Positions 8,443 to 18,941 of a stretch of DNA of 64,000 nt are shown one piece after another. The position numbers and the translations under genes were made by a program. This stretch comes from Chitinophagaceae bacterium (GTDB lineage Bacteria > Bacteroidota > Bacteroidia > Chitinophagales > Chitinophagaceae): assembly GCA_964229195.1 (NCBI GenBank), contig CAXRAX010000009.1, positions 2,145-66,144 of the forward strand, written 5' to 3'. A model generated the notes under the pieces. It was not told the DNA's origin. It did no database searches and saw only the letters and a list, made by a program, of their open reading frames with translations. Every line of letters starts with the position of its first letter. Position 1 is the first letter of the stretch.

Positions 8443-9912
8443 ATGGCAAAAAAAACAAAGCCCCTTCGCTTCGATACGGATTGGAAATACGATCCGGCAC
8501 CGGAATCGGCTTCCGCTGCCAAGATCAACGAGCAATACGAGCTGTTCATCGACGGACGTTGGCAAAAACCCCAGAGCGGGAAATATTTCGAGACCATCAA
8601 TCCCGCCAATGAAAAAATACTAAGCCGCATCGCTGAATCCAACGAAAAGGATGTGGATCGTGCCGTGCGGTCCGCTCGCCAAGCCTACGAGAAGGTTTGG
8701 AAAAAAATGGCACCGGCCGAGCGCGGAAAATATATTTTTCGCATCGCGCGGATGATGCAGGAAAAAGCGCGGGAGCTGGCTATCATTGAAACCCTCGAAG
8801 GCGGAAAACCCATTCGGGAGAGCAGAGATTTTGACGTACCCACGGCGGCGCAGCATTTCTTCTATTATGCGGGATGGGCCGATAAACTGGACTATGCCTT
8901 TCCAAATAAAAAAGTTGCCCCGCTGGGCGTAGCGGCACAGATCATTCCCTGGAATTTTCCCTTGCTGATGGCGGCTTGGAAGATCGCGCCGGCCTTGGCC
9001 ACCGGAAATACCGTGGTGTTGAAACCCGCAGAAACCACTTCGCTGACCGCCTTAAAATTGGCTGAGATCATTCAGGAAGCGGATCTTCCGCCCGGTGTCG
9101 TCAATATTATCACCGGTGCGGGAAAGACCGGCGCCGCAATGGTAAATCACCCCGGTGTGAACAAGATCGCCTTCACCGGATCCACCGAGGTGGGCAAGAT
9201 CATTCAACGTTCCATTGCCGGTACGAAAAAGCGATCAACGCTGGAGCTGGGTGGTAAGGCCGCCAACATCGTATTTGAAGATGCCGCGATCGACCAGGCC
9301 GTAGAGGGCGTGGTGAACGGGATCTTTTTCAATCAGGGACATGTGTGTTGCGCCGGATCGAGGTTGTATTTGCAGGAATCCATTGCGAAAGAGTTCATCC
9401 AAAAACTGAAAGATCGCGTTGCCACGTTGATCGTGGGCGATCCGATGGACAAGAACACAGACATCGGTGCTATCAATTCCAAGAGCCAACTCGAAACCAT
9501 CCTGAAATACATTCAGATCGGCAAGAAAGAAGGCTCATCGATCTATCAACCAGCTTGTACACTTCCGAAAAAAGGATTTTGGTGTCCGCCTACGCTATTC
9601 ACCGACGTGGCGCAGAGCAACCGCATCGTGCAGGAGGAGATCTTTGGTCCCGTGCTAGCCATTCTCACCTTCCGTACGGATGACGAGGTGATTGAAAAAG
9701 CGAACAACACGCCGTACGGATTGAGTGCGGGGGTTTGGACCGACAAGGGCTCGCGCATCTTCAATATGACACGCCGTTTGCGTGCCGGCGTAGTATGGGC
9801 CAACACCTTCAATAAGTTCGATGCGGCTTCGCCTTTTGGCGGATATAAGGAAAGCGGTTTTGGTCGAGAAGGCGGTTTGCACGGATTAACCCCCTATTTG
9901 GAAATCATTTAA
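8443..9912 (+). CDS. Aldehyde dehydrogenase family protein (complete)
   Basis: 489 aa with IIPWNFPL, GNTVVLKPAE, the general-base context ELGGKAANIVF and the nucleophile context FNQGHVCCAGSR. Confidence 0.9.
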   Translation: MAKKTKPLRFDTDWKYDPAPESASAAKINEQYELFIDGRWQKPQSGKYFETINPANEKILSRIAESNEKDVDRAVRSARQAYEKVWKKMAPAERGKYIFRIARMMQEKARELAIIETLEGGKPIRESRDFDVPTAAQHFFYYAGWADKLDYAFPNKKVAPLGVAAQIIPWNFPLLMAAWKIAPALATGNTVVLKPAETTSLTALKLAEIIQEADLPPGVVNIITGAGKTGAAMVNHPGVNKIAFTGSTEVGKIIQRSIAGTKKRSTLELGGKAANIVFEDAAIDQAVEGVVNGIFFNQGHVCCAGSRLYLQESIAKEFIQKLKDRVATLIVGDPMDKNTDIGAINSKSQLETILKYIQIGKKEGSSIYQPACTLPKKGFWCPPTLFTDVAQSNRIVQEEIFGPVLAILTFRTDDEVIEKANNTPYGLSAGVWTDKGSRIFNMTRRLRAGVVWANTFNKFDAASPFGGYKESGFGREGGLHGLTPYLEII

Positions 9913-9923
9913 AACGGAAAGTC

Positions 9924-10811
9924 ATGCCAAGCAACAATAAATCATCCCGACTCTCCGTCCTCAAGACGTATAAACTGTATATCGGCGGACAATTTCCCCG
10001 CACCGAGTCAGGTCGCTATTACGTCGTGAACGATGGCAGCGGAAATCCGTTGGCCAATGCCTGTTTGTCCTCTCGGAAAGACCTGCGTGATGCCGTCTCG
10101 GCCGCGCGTGCCGCTTTTGGGGGATGGAGTGGAAGAACGGCCTATAACCGTGGGCAGATCCTGTATCGTATGGCAGAAGTATTGGAATCTCGCCAACCCG
10201 AAATGATCCGGGAGTTGCAGCAAAGCGGCTCATCATCCGCCCAAGCCAAAAAAGAAATTACGGTCTGTATTGAAACCCTGATCCACTACGCCGGCTGGTG
10301 CGATAAGTATCAGCAACTGTTCAGCACGGTAAATCCGGTGGCCAGTTCTCATTATAATTTTTCCGTGCCGGAGCCGATGGGCGTAGTGGGAATCGTTTCT
10401 TCCTCGGAAAATGCCTTATTGGGACTCGTGCAAGCCATGTGCGTGGCCATCGCTGGCGGAAACACCTGTGTGATCCTTGCCAACACGGACCGACCACTGG
10501 CCGCGATCAGTTTTGCGGAGGTATTAGCCACTTCCGACCTGCCGGGTGGCGTGGTAAATATCTTGACCGGAAAAGGATCGGAGTTGTTACCCTGGATGGC
10601 CGGTCACATGGATGTGAACGCGGTGCTCCTGGATCCATCCACTTCGGTCGATCGGGCAGCATTGGAGCTGGCGGCTACGGTGAACCTGAAGCGGGTGATC
10701 ACTTTGAAGAAAGAGGATATTTTATCGCCTTATCGAATTCTGGATCTGCAAGAAATAAAAACCACTTGGCATCCCATCGAGAACATTGCTCCCTCGGGTG
10801 CCGCCTATTGA
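9924..10811 (+). CDS. Aldehyde-dehydrogenase-like protein lacking the catalytic domain
   Basis: 295 aa. It aligns by eye with the NAD-binding half of the upstream ALDH (GGNTCVILANTD...LPGGVVNILTG) but has no ELGGK or catalytic Cys segment. It ends with an ALDH-like C-terminal strand, LQEIKTTWHPI. Confidence 0.8.
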   Translation: MPSNNKSSRLSVLKTYKLYIGGQFPRTESGRYYVVNDGSGNPLANACLSSRKDLRDAVSAARAAFGGWSGRTAYNRGQILYRMAEVLESRQPEMIRELQQSGSSSAQAKKEITVCIETLIHYAGWCDKYQQLFSTVNPVASSHYNFSVPEPMGVVGIVSSSENALLGLVQAMCVAIAGGNTCVILANTDRPLAAISFAEVLATSDLPGGVVNILTGKGSELLPWMAGHMDVNAVLLDPSTSVDRAALELAATVNLKRVITLKKEDILSPYRILDLQEIKTTWHPIENIAPSGAAY

Positions 10812-10814
10812 CCT

Positions 10815-11285
10815 ATGATGTATCGATCTCTTTTGGCGTGGGTGATGGTCCTTGGACTGCGTCTGCTAGCTACCGGTCAGGATACCTTATCTCGGGCACC
10901 GACCGATAGCGGACTGGTCCGCATCTTTAAAGATCCGCGGCTCAATCGGCTGATCGAAAAACAGATCGAGGTCAATGAATTCACCACCCGAAACAGCCGA
11001 AGGCTCACGCAAGGATTTCGCTTGCTGATCATGACAACCAAGAATCGGCAGGAGGCCATCAATGCCAAAGCCTTGATGTACGAGAAGTTCCCTGACCTGA
11101 AATCCTATCTCTGGCATCAAGCGCCGTATTACAAACTAAAGGCAGGCAATTTCAAGACCAAGGAAGAGGCGGAGGAATACGCAAAAAAAATACGACCATT
11201 CTTTACTCGAGGTATCTTCGTACTCAACGACGAGATCGACACCTATTTTATCAACACCACTGCCGATCCGAATAAAAAACAATGA
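10815..11285 (+). CDS. SPOR domain-containing protein (secreted)
   Basis: Signal-like N-terminus MMYRSLLAWVMVLGLRLLATGQ. SPOR-like C-terminal half GFRLLIMTTKNRQEAINAKALM...YYKLKAGNFKTKEEAEEYAKKI. Confidence 0.7.
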   Translation: MMYRSLLAWVMVLGLRLLATGQDTLSRAPTDSGLVRIFKDPRLNRLIEKQIEVNEFTTRNSRRLTQGFRLLIMTTKNRQEAINAKALMYEKFPDLKSYLWHQAPYYKLKAGNFKTKEEAEEYAKKIRPFFTRGIFVLNDEIDTYFINTTADPNKKQ

Positions 11286-12466
11286 GGCTCGATCAACTAA
11301 AAGAAATTGCCCGAAACATCTCACCCGAGGTCATTCAGTGGCGGCGGCATATTCACGCGCATCCCGAACTGAGCTATCAGGAGTTTCAAACGTCGGCCTT
11401 TGTCCAAGAGAGATTACGCGAGATGGGCATCCCCTTCGAAGTGATGGCCACGACGGGGGTGGTGGCATTGATCAAAGGAAAGGATCCGGAAAGTCGCATC
11501 GTGGCCCTGCGGGCCGATATGGATGCCCTGCCCATTCAGGAGGAGAATGACCTGCCCTACAAATCCACGCACCCGGGCATCATGCATGCCTGCGGACACG
11601 ATGTACACACGGCTTGTTTGTTAGGTGCGGCGAAAATTTTACAAGAAACGCGGACTGATTGGAGTGGTTCCGTAAAACTGATCTTTCAGCCCGGGGAAGA
11701 AAAAAATCCGGGCGGTGCTTCGCTGCTCATTAAAGAAGGCGTGCTGAATAATCCCAAACCACAGGCCATAGCGGCACTGCACGTGAATACCATTCTGGAG
11801 GCCGGTCAGGTCAGTTTTCGCTCCGGTAAAGTAATGGCCAGTGCCGATGAACTTTATTTTACCATCAAGGGAAAAGGTGGCCATGCCGCGTCGCCGCACC
11901 TGACGGTAGACCCGATCCTGATCAGCTCCCACTTGATCACGGCGTTGCAGCAACTGATCAGTCGACATAACCATCCGTTCAATCCCACCGTTCTGTCCAT
12001 CACCTCCATTCACGGCGGAAATACCACCAATGTCATTCCCGATGAAGTGAAATTGATGGGTACGTTTCGGGCCATGGATGAGGCTTGGCGTTTTGAGGCA
12101 CATCAGAAGATCCGTCAAATTTCGGAGAGCCTGGTACGTTCTATGGGTGGCGAACTGGACCTGCACATCGACATTGGCTATCCTTGTGTGCACAACGATG
12201 AGCGGGTGAATGAGGCTTGTCGTCAATTAGCAGAGGCATATGTAGGAGCCGAGCAGGTTTCCGAAACGGAGTTGCGGATGGGTGCCGAGGATTTTGGATT
12301 TTATGCCCAGCAGGTACCGGCCTGCTTTTTCCGTCTTGGTACACGCAATGAATCTAAGGGGATCGTTCACGGGGTACATACGCCACGTTTTGCCGTGGAG
12401 GAATCGGCCTTGGAGATCGGGGTGGGACTCATGGCCTGGCTGGGGGTGAGCCTACTGGCCGATTAA
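11282..12466 (+). CDS. M20 family amidohydrolase (N-acyl-L-amino acid amidohydrolase type)
   Basis: WRRHIHAHPELSYQEFQTSAFV, ALRADMDALPI, HACGHD and GGHAASPH are typical of M20D peptidases. There is a 4-nt ATGA overlap with the upstream gene. Confidence 0.85.
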   Translation: MRLDQLKEIARNISPEVIQWRRHIHAHPELSYQEFQTSAFVQERLREMGIPFEVMATTGVVALIKGKDPESRIVALRADMDALPIQEENDLPYKSTHPGIMHACGHDVHTACLLGAAKILQETRTDWSGSVKLIFQPGEEKNPGGASLLIKEGVLNNPKPQAIAALHVNTILEAGQVSFRSGKVMASADELYFTIKGKGGHAASPHLTVDPILISSHLITALQQLISRHNHPFNPTVLSITSIHGGNTTNVIPDEVKLMGTFRAMDEAWRFEAHQKIRQISESLVRSMGGELDLHIDIGYPCVHNDERVNEACRQLAEAYVGAEQVSETELRMGAEDFGFYAQQVPACFFRLGTRNESKGIVHGVHTPRFAVEESALEIGVGLMAWLGVSLLAD

Positions 12467-12514
12467 CCCCCTTTCGGGCGCGGTTTTGTACCTTGCAGCC
12501 TCTAACACACGCAC

Positions 12515-14860
12515 ATGCAGAATGACCTGAGGAAACAGCAGGCCCTCGAATATCATGCCAAGGGGCGACCCGGCAAGATCGAGGTAGTTCCGACCAAAGA
12601 AGCCAAGACACAACGCGACCTCTCCCTCGCCTATTCACCCGGTGTGGCCAGTCCCTGTCTGGAGATCGCCGAAAACCGTGAGAACGTCTATAAATACACC
12701 GCCAAGGGTAACCTGGTGGCCGTGATCAGCAATGGAACGGCGGTATTGGGACTGGGCGATATTGGTCCCGAAGCCGGTAAGCCGGTGATGGAAGGAAAAG
12801 GCGTGCTGTTCAAGATCTTCGCCGATATCGACGTGTTCGACATTGAGATCAACGAAAAAGATCCGGTCAAGTTCGTGGAGATCGTCAAATCCCTTGAGCC
12901 CACGTTTGGAGGGATCAACCTGGAGGACATCAAAGCCCCGGAATGTTTTTACATCGAACAGGAGCTCAAAAAGCAACTGAACATTCCCATCATGCACGAT
13001 GACCAGCACGGAACGGCGATCATCAGTGCCGCCGCTCTGCTTAATGCCCTCGAGATCCAGAAAAAAAGAATTGAAAAAGTTCGGTTTGTGGTGATGGGTG
13101 CCGGTGCGGCGGCCATGGCCTGCATCAAACTTTATGAGGCACTCGGGGCGAAGCAGGAAAATTTTCTGCTGTTCGACCGCAAGGGAGTTTTGCATAAGGG
13201 TCGGACCGACATGGACGAATTCAAAAAGAATTACGCCAATGCCAAGGGTGAAATGAGCTTGGCGCAGGCGATGAAGGATGTGGATGTATTCATCGGACTG
13301 AGTTCGGGCAATTTATTGACACCTGAAATGGTGAAGTCGATGGCGAAAAACCCCATCGTATTCGCCATGGCCAATCCCGATCCCGAGATCAGCTGGGAGG
13401 CAGCAACCGGGGCACGCAAGGATGTGATCATGGCTACCGGCCGAAGCGATTATCCCAACCAGGTCAATAACGTACTCGGATTCCCCTACATCTTCAGAGG
13501 TGCCTTGGATGTGCGCGCCAAACACATCAACGAAGAGATGAAACTGGCAGCGGTGAAGGCATTGGCCGAGCTTGCCCGAACGCCCGTGCCCGACATCGTG
13601 AACATGGCTTACAACGAGAGCAACATCACCTTCGGCCCGAATTATATCATACCCAAACCCCTCGATCCGCGTTTGCTTGCGACGGTGGCTCCGGCCGTGG
13701 CAAAAGCTGCCATGGAAAGCGGGGTAGCACAAACGCCCATTACGAATTGGCCGGGGTATGTGACGGAATTGAACAAGCGGCTCGGGCTCGACAATCAGGT
13801 CATGCGCATACTGGGCAACAAGGCTCGTCGCGATCCAAAACGGATCGTGTTTGCGGAGGCCGACAATGTGAAGGTGCTCAAAGCTGCGCAGATCGTTTTT
13901 GATGACGGGCTGGGCTATCCGATCTTATTGGGAGATGAAAACCGGATCCGCAGCATTGCCGAGGCCAATGGCATTGATCTGGAAGGTCTTCCTATCATCG
14001 ACCCGCGCAACGATGCGGCCGAGGAAAAACGCAATCAGTACGGCGAGTTGTTCTTTGCCAAGCGCGGACGCAAAGGATTCAATTCATATGAGTCGAAGAA
14101 GATCATGAAGGACCGCAACTATTACGGCTGTATGATGGTGGAGTGTGGTGATGCGGATGCGATGATCTCAGGACTTTCGAAAAATTATCCCGATACGATC
14201 CGTCCCGCGCTTCAGACCATTGGCACCGAGGAAGGCACGAACAAGATCGCGGGGATGTATATGATGCTGACCAAGAAGGGCCCCCTCTTTCTGGCCGACA
14301 CCACGGTAAATTTCAATCCCACTGCCGAGGAACTGGCCGAGATCACGTTACTGGCGGCGAAGGAAGTCCGAAATTTCAACATCGTGCCCCGTATCGCCAT
14401 GTTGAGTTACTCCAATTTTGGCAGCAGTGATTCGCCGGAAGCCCGATTGGTAGCGAAGGCCCGGGAGATCGTCAAGCAAAAAATGCCCAACCTGATCGTG
14501 GATGGGGAGATGCAAGCGAGCGTAGCCTTTAACCAGGAATTGATCAAGGAAAATTATCCTTTCAGCGAATTGGTCGACCAGGAAGTCAATACCCTCATCT
14601 TCCCCAATCTGGCTGCGGGCAACATCGCCTATAACCTGATGAAAGAATTGGAGACGGCCGATGCCGTGGGGCCAATTCTGCTGGGATTGAAGCGACCGGT
14701 ACATATTCTTCAATTGGGATCGACCGTGCGAAGCATCGTAAACATGGCGATGATCGCGGTGGTGGATGCTCAATTAAAATCCCGGACCGCCACAGCGGAG
14801 ATCGTAAAACGCTCGCGCTGGTGGAAACGATTCCGTAAACCCTCAGCAGAGGCAAGTTGA
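12515..14860 (+). CDS. maeB: NADP-dependent malic enzyme with C-terminal phosphotransacetylase-like domain
   Basis: 781 aa with [41 protein letters not shown] and a PTA-like C-terminal half. Confidence 0.9.
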   Translation: MQNDLRKQQALEYHAKGRPGKIEVVPTKEAKTQRDLSLAYSPGVASPCLEIAENRENVYKYTAKGNLVAVISNGTAVLGLGDIGPEAGKPVMEGKGVLFKIFADIDVFDIEINEKDPVKFVEIVKSLEPTFGGINLEDIKAPECFYIEQELKKQLNIPIMHDDQHGTAIISAAALLNALEIQKKRIEKVRFVVMGAGAAAMACIKLYEALGAKQENFLLFDRKGVLHKGRTDMDEFKKNYANAKGEMSLAQAMKDVDVFIGLSSGNLLTPEMVKSMAKNPIVFAMANPDPEISWEAATGARKDVIMATGRSDYPNQVNNVLGFPYIFRGALDVRAKHINEEMKLAAVKALAELARTPVPDIVNMAYNESNITFGPNYIIPKPLDPRLLATVAPAVAKAAMESGVAQTPITNWPGYVTELNKRLGLDNQVMRILGNKARRDPKRIVFAEADNVKVLKAAQIVFDDGLGYPILLGDENRIRSIAEANGIDLEGLPIIDPRNDAAEEKRNQYGELFFAKRGRKGFNSYESKKIMKDRNYYGCMMVECGDADAMISGLSKNYPDTIRPALQTIGTEEGTNKIAGMYMMLTKKGPLFLADTTVNFNPTAEELAEITLLAAKEVRNFNIVPRIAMLSYSNFGSSDSPEARLVAKAREIVKQKMPNLIVDGEMQASVAFNQELIKENYPFSELVDQEVNTLIFPNLAAGNIAYNLMKELETADAVGPILLGLKRPVHILQLGSTVRSIVNMAMIAVVDAQLKSRTATAEIVKRSRWWKRFRKPSAEAS

Positions 14861-14861
14861 T

Positions 14862-15599
14862 ATGAATGTATTGAGTGATATTGGACGATTTGTGAACATG
14901 CTGAAAGGCATGTTCGCCAAACCCGAGAACGGGCGGATGTATTGGCGGGAGTTCATGCATCAGTGTGCCGAGATCGGCATCGGTTCGTTGGGGATCGTTG
15001 CGATCATCTCGGTTTTTATTGGAGCGGTTTCCACGATTCAAACGGCCTATCAGCTGGTGAGTCCGCTGATCCCCCTCACTACCATCGCCCAGATCGTGCG
15101 CGATACCGTGATATTGGAATTTGCTCCTACGCTGGTTTGTATCGTACTGGCGGGCGTGGCGGGCAGCCGGATCGCCAGTGAGCTCGGAAATATGCGGGTG
15201 AGCGAGCAGATCGACGCACTGGAGATCATGGGCATCAATTCCAAAGCATATTTGATCTTACCTAAGATCGTAGCGGCCCTGATCATGATTCCATTACTGG
15301 TGATCATCGCGATGGTGCTGGGTATTTGGGGCGGACGGCTGGCCGGTACCATGGCCGGTATTATTCCGCCGAATATCTATGATAAGGGACTGGTCGAGTT
15401 TTTTGTCCCCTACAACGTTTATTTCGCACTGACCAAATCCTACGCCTTCGCTTTCATCATCTCGAGCATTCCGGCCTTTTACGGGTATTATGTTCGAGGT
15501 GGGGCGCTGGAGATCGGTCGCGCCAGCACCAAGGCCGTGGTGGTGAGTTGTGTGCTCATCCTGTTTGCGGATTACGTGCTCTCCGCCCTACTACTCTGA
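14862..15599 (+). CDS. MlaE-family ABC transporter permease
   Basis: 245 aa, polytopic, with an MlaE-like core (VRDTVILEFAPTLVCIVLAGVAGSRIASELGNMRVSEQIDALE). It starts 1 nt after the maeB stop codon. Confidence 0.8.
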   Translation: MNVLSDIGRFVNMLKGMFAKPENGRMYWREFMHQCAEIGIGSLGIVAIISVFIGAVSTIQTAYQLVSPLIPLTTIAQIVRDTVILEFAPTLVCIVLAGVAGSRIASELGNMRVSEQIDALEIMGINSKAYLILPKIVAALIMIPLLVIIAMVLGIWGGRLAGTMAGIIPPNIYDKGLVEFFVPYNVYFALTKSYAFAFIISSIPAFYGYYVRGGALEIGRASTKAVVVSCVLILFADYVLSALLL

Positions 15600-15600
15600 C

Positions 15601-16410
15601 ATGATCGAAGTAAAAAATATACAGAAGTCCTTCAACGGAAAAGTCATCATCGAGGATGTGCATGCGGTGATGAAAGCCGGTCAGTGCAACTTGATCATCG
15701 GAGCCAGTGGCAGTGGGAAGACCGTGCTCATGAAGTGCATGGTAGGTCTGTTCCAACCCGAATCAGGAGAGATCTTGTATGATGGAACTTCTTTCACGCA
15801 AATGAACGAGGAGCAGCGAACGGCCATCCGAAAGGAGATCGGCATGCTGTTTCAGGGATCGGCTTTGTTCGATAGCTTGAACGTAGAGGAAAACATCCTC
15901 TTTCCGCTCAACATGTTTTCGACCGATTCGCCGGCCCGTAAAAAAGAGCGGGTGAACCAGGTATTGGAGCGAGTTAATTTGCCCGGCGTCAATAAAAAAT
16001 ATCCCTCTGAGCTCAGCGGGGGGATGAAAAAGCGGGTGGCCCTGGCCCGTGCCATCGTACTGAATCCCAAATATCTTTTTTGCGATGAGCCCAATTCCGG
16101 GTTGGACCCACAAACTTCCCTGGTGATCGATAAACTCATCCGCGACATCACGATTGAATACAACATGACCACCGTGATCAACACCCACGATATGAACAGC
16201 GTGATGGAGATCGGTCATTATATCCTCTACATGTATCAGGGTAGAAAAGAATGGGAGGGCAGCAACAAGGAGATCATTTTTAGCAAGAACCAGCGGCTGA
16301 ACGACTTTATTTTCGCCTCCGACTTTTTGAAGGATGCCAAGGACATGCGGATGCTGGAGGAGCGAGGAAAGATCGATCCGGAACGGAACATGGATGACCT
16401 GCTGAAATAG
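15601..16410 (+). CDS. ABC transporter ATP-binding protein (MlaF-like)
   Basis: The ATG at 15601 follows the permease stop codon. Walker A GASGSGKT, signature LSGGMKKR, Walker B LFCDEP. Confidence 0.85.
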   Translation: MIEVKNIQKSFNGKVIIEDVHAVMKAGQCNLIIGASGSGKTVLMKCMVGLFQPESGEILYDGTSFTQMNEEQRTAIRKEIGMLFQGSALFDSLNVEENILFPLNMFSTDSPARKKERVNQVLERVNLPGVNKKYPSELSGGMKKRVALARAIVLNPKYLFCDEPNSGLDPQTSLVIDKLIRDITIEYNMTTVINTHDMNSVMEIGHYILYMYQGRKEWEGSNKEIIFSKNQRLNDFIFASDFLKDAKDMRMLEERGKIDPERNMDDLLK

Positions 16411-16422
16411 CCCTGTTACCCC

Positions 16423-16430
16423 TAATTTTG
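16423..16430 (+). promoter_or_regulatory. Candidate -7 box TAATTTTG upstream of sucD
   Basis: Perfect TAnnTTTG 20 nt before the ATG at 16451. Confidence 0.4.
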
Positions 16431-16450
16431 CGGACAATTCCAACGTATAT

Positions 16451-17326
16451 ATGAGCATCCTCGTCAATAAGTCATCCAAGATCCTGGTACAGGGTTTTAC
16501 CGGTACCGAAGGCAGTTTCCACGCCTCCCAAATGATCGATTACGGAACCCAGGTTGTGGGGGGTGTTACCCCGGGCAAGGGGGGCAGTACCCACCTCGAC
16601 CGACCCGTCTTCAACACCGTGGCCGAAGGCGTAAAAGCCACGGGTGCCAATGTGAGCATCATCTTCGTCCCCCCGGCCTTCGCCGCCGATGCCATCATGG
16701 AAGCTGCTGAGGCCGGCATTGAGTTGGTGGTCTGCATTACGGAAGGAATTCCCGTGCAGGATATGGTCAAGGCCAAGAATTATTTACTGGGCAAGAAAAC
16801 CCGCCTCATTGGTCCCAACTGCCCCGGTGTCATCACCGCCGGCGAATGCAAGGTGGGGATCATGCCCGGATTCGTATTTATTCCCGGACGTATCGGCATC
16901 GTCTCTAAATCCGGTACCCTCACCTATGAAGCGGCCGATCAGGTGGCCAAGGCCGGACTGGGCATCTCCACCGCCGTGGGTATTGGAGGCGATCCCATCA
17001 TCGGTACCACCACCCGCGATGCCATGGAACTCTTCATGAACGACCCGAATACCGACGCCATCGTCATGATCGGTGAGATCGGAGGCGGCATGGAAGCCGA
17101 AGCGGCCCGGTGGATCAAGGAGCAAGGGAATAAAAAACCCGTGGTGGGATTCATCGCGGGACAAACCGCACCCCCCGGTCGACGTATGGGCCATGCCGGT
17201 GCCATCGTAGGTGGCGCCGAGGATACCGCCGAAGCCAAGATGAAGATCATGAGTGAATGCGGCATTCATGTCGTGAGCAGCCCGGCCGATATCGGCAAGA
17301 AAATGGCCGAGGTTTTCGGAAAATGA
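16451..17326 (+). CDS. sucD: Succinate--CoA ligase subunit alpha
   Basis: [32 protein letters not shown] and the phosphohistidine context [10 protein letters not shown]. Confidence 0.95.
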   Translation: MSILVNKSSKILVQGFTGTEGSFHASQMIDYGTQVVGGVTPGKGGSTHLDRPVFNTVAEGVKATGANVSIIFVPPAFAADAIMEAAEAGIELVVCITEGIPVQDMVKAKNYLLGKKTRLIGPNCPGVITAGECKVGIMPGFVFIPGRIGIVSKSGTLTYEAADQVAKAGLGISTAVGIGGDPIIGTTTRDAMELFMNDPNTDAIVMIGEIGGGMEAEAARWIKEQGNKKPVVGFIAGQTAPPGRRMGHAGAIVGGAEDTAEAKMKIMSECGIHVVSSPADIGKKMAEVFGK

Positions 17327-17345
17327 CATGGGAAAATGATACACG

Positions 17346-17372
17346 AACCGCATCTCCGATGCGGTTTTTTTA
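17346..17372 (+). terminator. Rho-independent terminator after sucD
   Basis: Stem aaccgcatc / gatgcggtt with a short loop, followed by a run of 7 T. Confidence 0.75.
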
Positions 17373-17385
17373 TTGAATACGCTTC

Positions 17386-18435
17386 ATGCAGGTAGATCTA
17401 CTGATCGTTGGTCAAGGCCTTTGCGGCAGCTGGCTGAGTTACGAGGCTCAAGCAGCCGGACTGCGTGTTTGCGTGATCGATGCTCCTCAGCCGAATGCTC
17501 CCTCTCGTATTTCGGCGGGCATCATCAATCCCATCACCGGAAGGCGGCACGTGGAGGTCTGGCTGTCGGACGAATTGCTTTCCCATGCAAAAACCGCCTA
17601 CACATCGATGGGCGTTTCATTCGGTCGATCGCTGATCCGCCAAACCTCGCTGATCGATTTTTTTCCTTCCGAGCAAATGCAACGCAGTTTTCAAGAGCGG
17701 ATCGCTCAAAACGGAAAATTTGTATCGAGTGCTTATCATTCAGAAATCGGCACACTGCCTTTCGAGGTTGCACATGGAGCAGGCATTATCGATCCGGTTT
17801 ATTTGATCGACCTCCCCGGGTTTCTCGAGGGAAACCGGAAAAAGCTGGTGGGCTCCGGATCCCTGCTCGAAGAACAGTTTGATGGGAAGCAGTTACAAGT
17901 ATACTCCGATCACGTGCAGTATCAAGACATTCGGGCCGAACGAATCGTTTTGTGTGAGGGCACGGCCGGAGCATCTCAACATTTTTTCCCGGGACTTCCT
18001 TTTGCCCCCAACAAAGGCGAGGTGCTGATCCTGGAGATCCCCGATTTACCGAAGGACCATTTATATAAACACGGCTTGATGCTGGCGCCGCTTTCGGATG
18101 GCAGCTGGTGGGCCGGATCGAGCTATCAGTGGTCGTTCGACCATCCCCACCCCACCCCTGCTTTTCGGGAGGAGACGGAACGCATCTTGAGAAGCTGGTT
18201 GAAACTGCCCTTTCGGGTGGTGGATCATCGGGCGGGGGTTCGTCCCGCCACCCTCGAACGCCGTCCCTTCGTCGGATTTCATCCGCAAAGACCCGTAATC
18301 GGTATCCTGAATGGAATGGGCACCAAGGGTTGTTCGCTGGCCCCGTTTTTTTCCCGCCAATTGATCCGCCATTGGATGAACCAAGAGCCTATCCACCCGG
18401 AGGCCTCGATCGAGCGGTTTTCCTTCACGTCCTGA
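17386..18435 (+). CDS. FAD-dependent oxidoreductase (DAO family-like)
   Basis: N-terminal dinucleotide-binding motif DLLIVGQGLCGSWLSYEAQAAGLRVCVID. 349 aa. Confidence 0.75.
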   Translation: MQVDLLIVGQGLCGSWLSYEAQAAGLRVCVIDAPQPNAPSRISAGIINPITGRRHVEVWLSDELLSHAKTAYTSMGVSFGRSLIRQTSLIDFFPSEQMQRSFQERIAQNGKFVSSAYHSEIGTLPFEVAHGAGIIDPVYLIDLPGFLEGNRKKLVGSGSLLEEQFDGKQLQVYSDHVQYQDIRAERIVLCEGTAGASQHFFPGLPFAPNKGEVLILEIPDLPKDHLYKHGLMLAPLSDGSWWAGSSYQWSFDHPHPTPAFREETERILRSWLKLPFRVVDHRAGVRPATLERRPFVGFHPQRPVIGILNGMGTKGCSLAPFFSRQLIRHWMNQEPIHPEASIERFSFTS

Positions 18436-18472
18436 TTTCAAATTTTTTTATCTTTCCCCCAAACCAACGATC

Positions 18473-18886
18473 ATGCCCGACCATCCCGAACCGCTGTATT
18501 CCATTCCGGCCCGTTTTCGACGCATGGAGAACATGCACATCATTTTTTGGCTGATAAAAGACATCAGCTGGTGTTTGTTTTGGAAGGACTTGGCCGTGGC
18601 CATGATCATACCCACCCTCACCATTGCGATCGTGATCAGTTGGCGGACCCGCCACATCGCCTCCGAGCTGGCACATAACCTGGCCGTGGCCTTTTGGATC
18701 AGTGCGAACTCGTTTTGGATGATCACGGAGTTTTTGGGATATGATGAGACCATCGTGTGGGGAGAAATCACCGGAAAAGAACTCTCCCTGATCCCCTTTG
18801 TGATCGGGGTACTGATTCTGGTGAATTACTACATCCTGCAACGCCCCCGGGAAATAAGGGAGAAACGTACCACCACGTTACTGTAA
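18473..18886 (+). CDS. Hypothetical small membrane protein
   Basis: 137-aa ORF with about 4 hydrophobic segments. The start is uncertain (alternative Met at 18524). I recognise no family. Confidence 0.5.
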   Translation: MPDHPEPLYSIPARFRRMENMHIIFWLIKDISWCLFWKDLAVAMIIPTLTIAIVISWRTRHIASELAHNLAVAFWISANSFWMITEFLGYDETIVWGEITGKELSLIPFVIGVLILVNYYILQRPREIREKRTTTLL

Positions 18887-18941
18887 AGCCCGGTCCGGTT
18901 GCCCCGAAATCGGGTTATCTTCGCGCTGGAAAATAGCCTTC

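Noticed and set aside
7461-8642. 393-aa minus-strand ORF spanning deoC and the start of the ALDH gene
   Set aside because: It is antisense to two confidently recognised enzymes and crosses their intergenic gap. It has no recognisable features.
9924-10811. Truncated ALDH as a decaying pseudogene
   Set aside because: The ORF is intact, tightly spaced in the operon, and retains an in-frame ALDH-like C-terminal strand. The downstream sequence is occupied by a separate SPOR-domain gene with its own signal peptide, so there is no frameshifted catalytic-domain remnant. It is treated as a real short paralogue, pending comparison with relatives.
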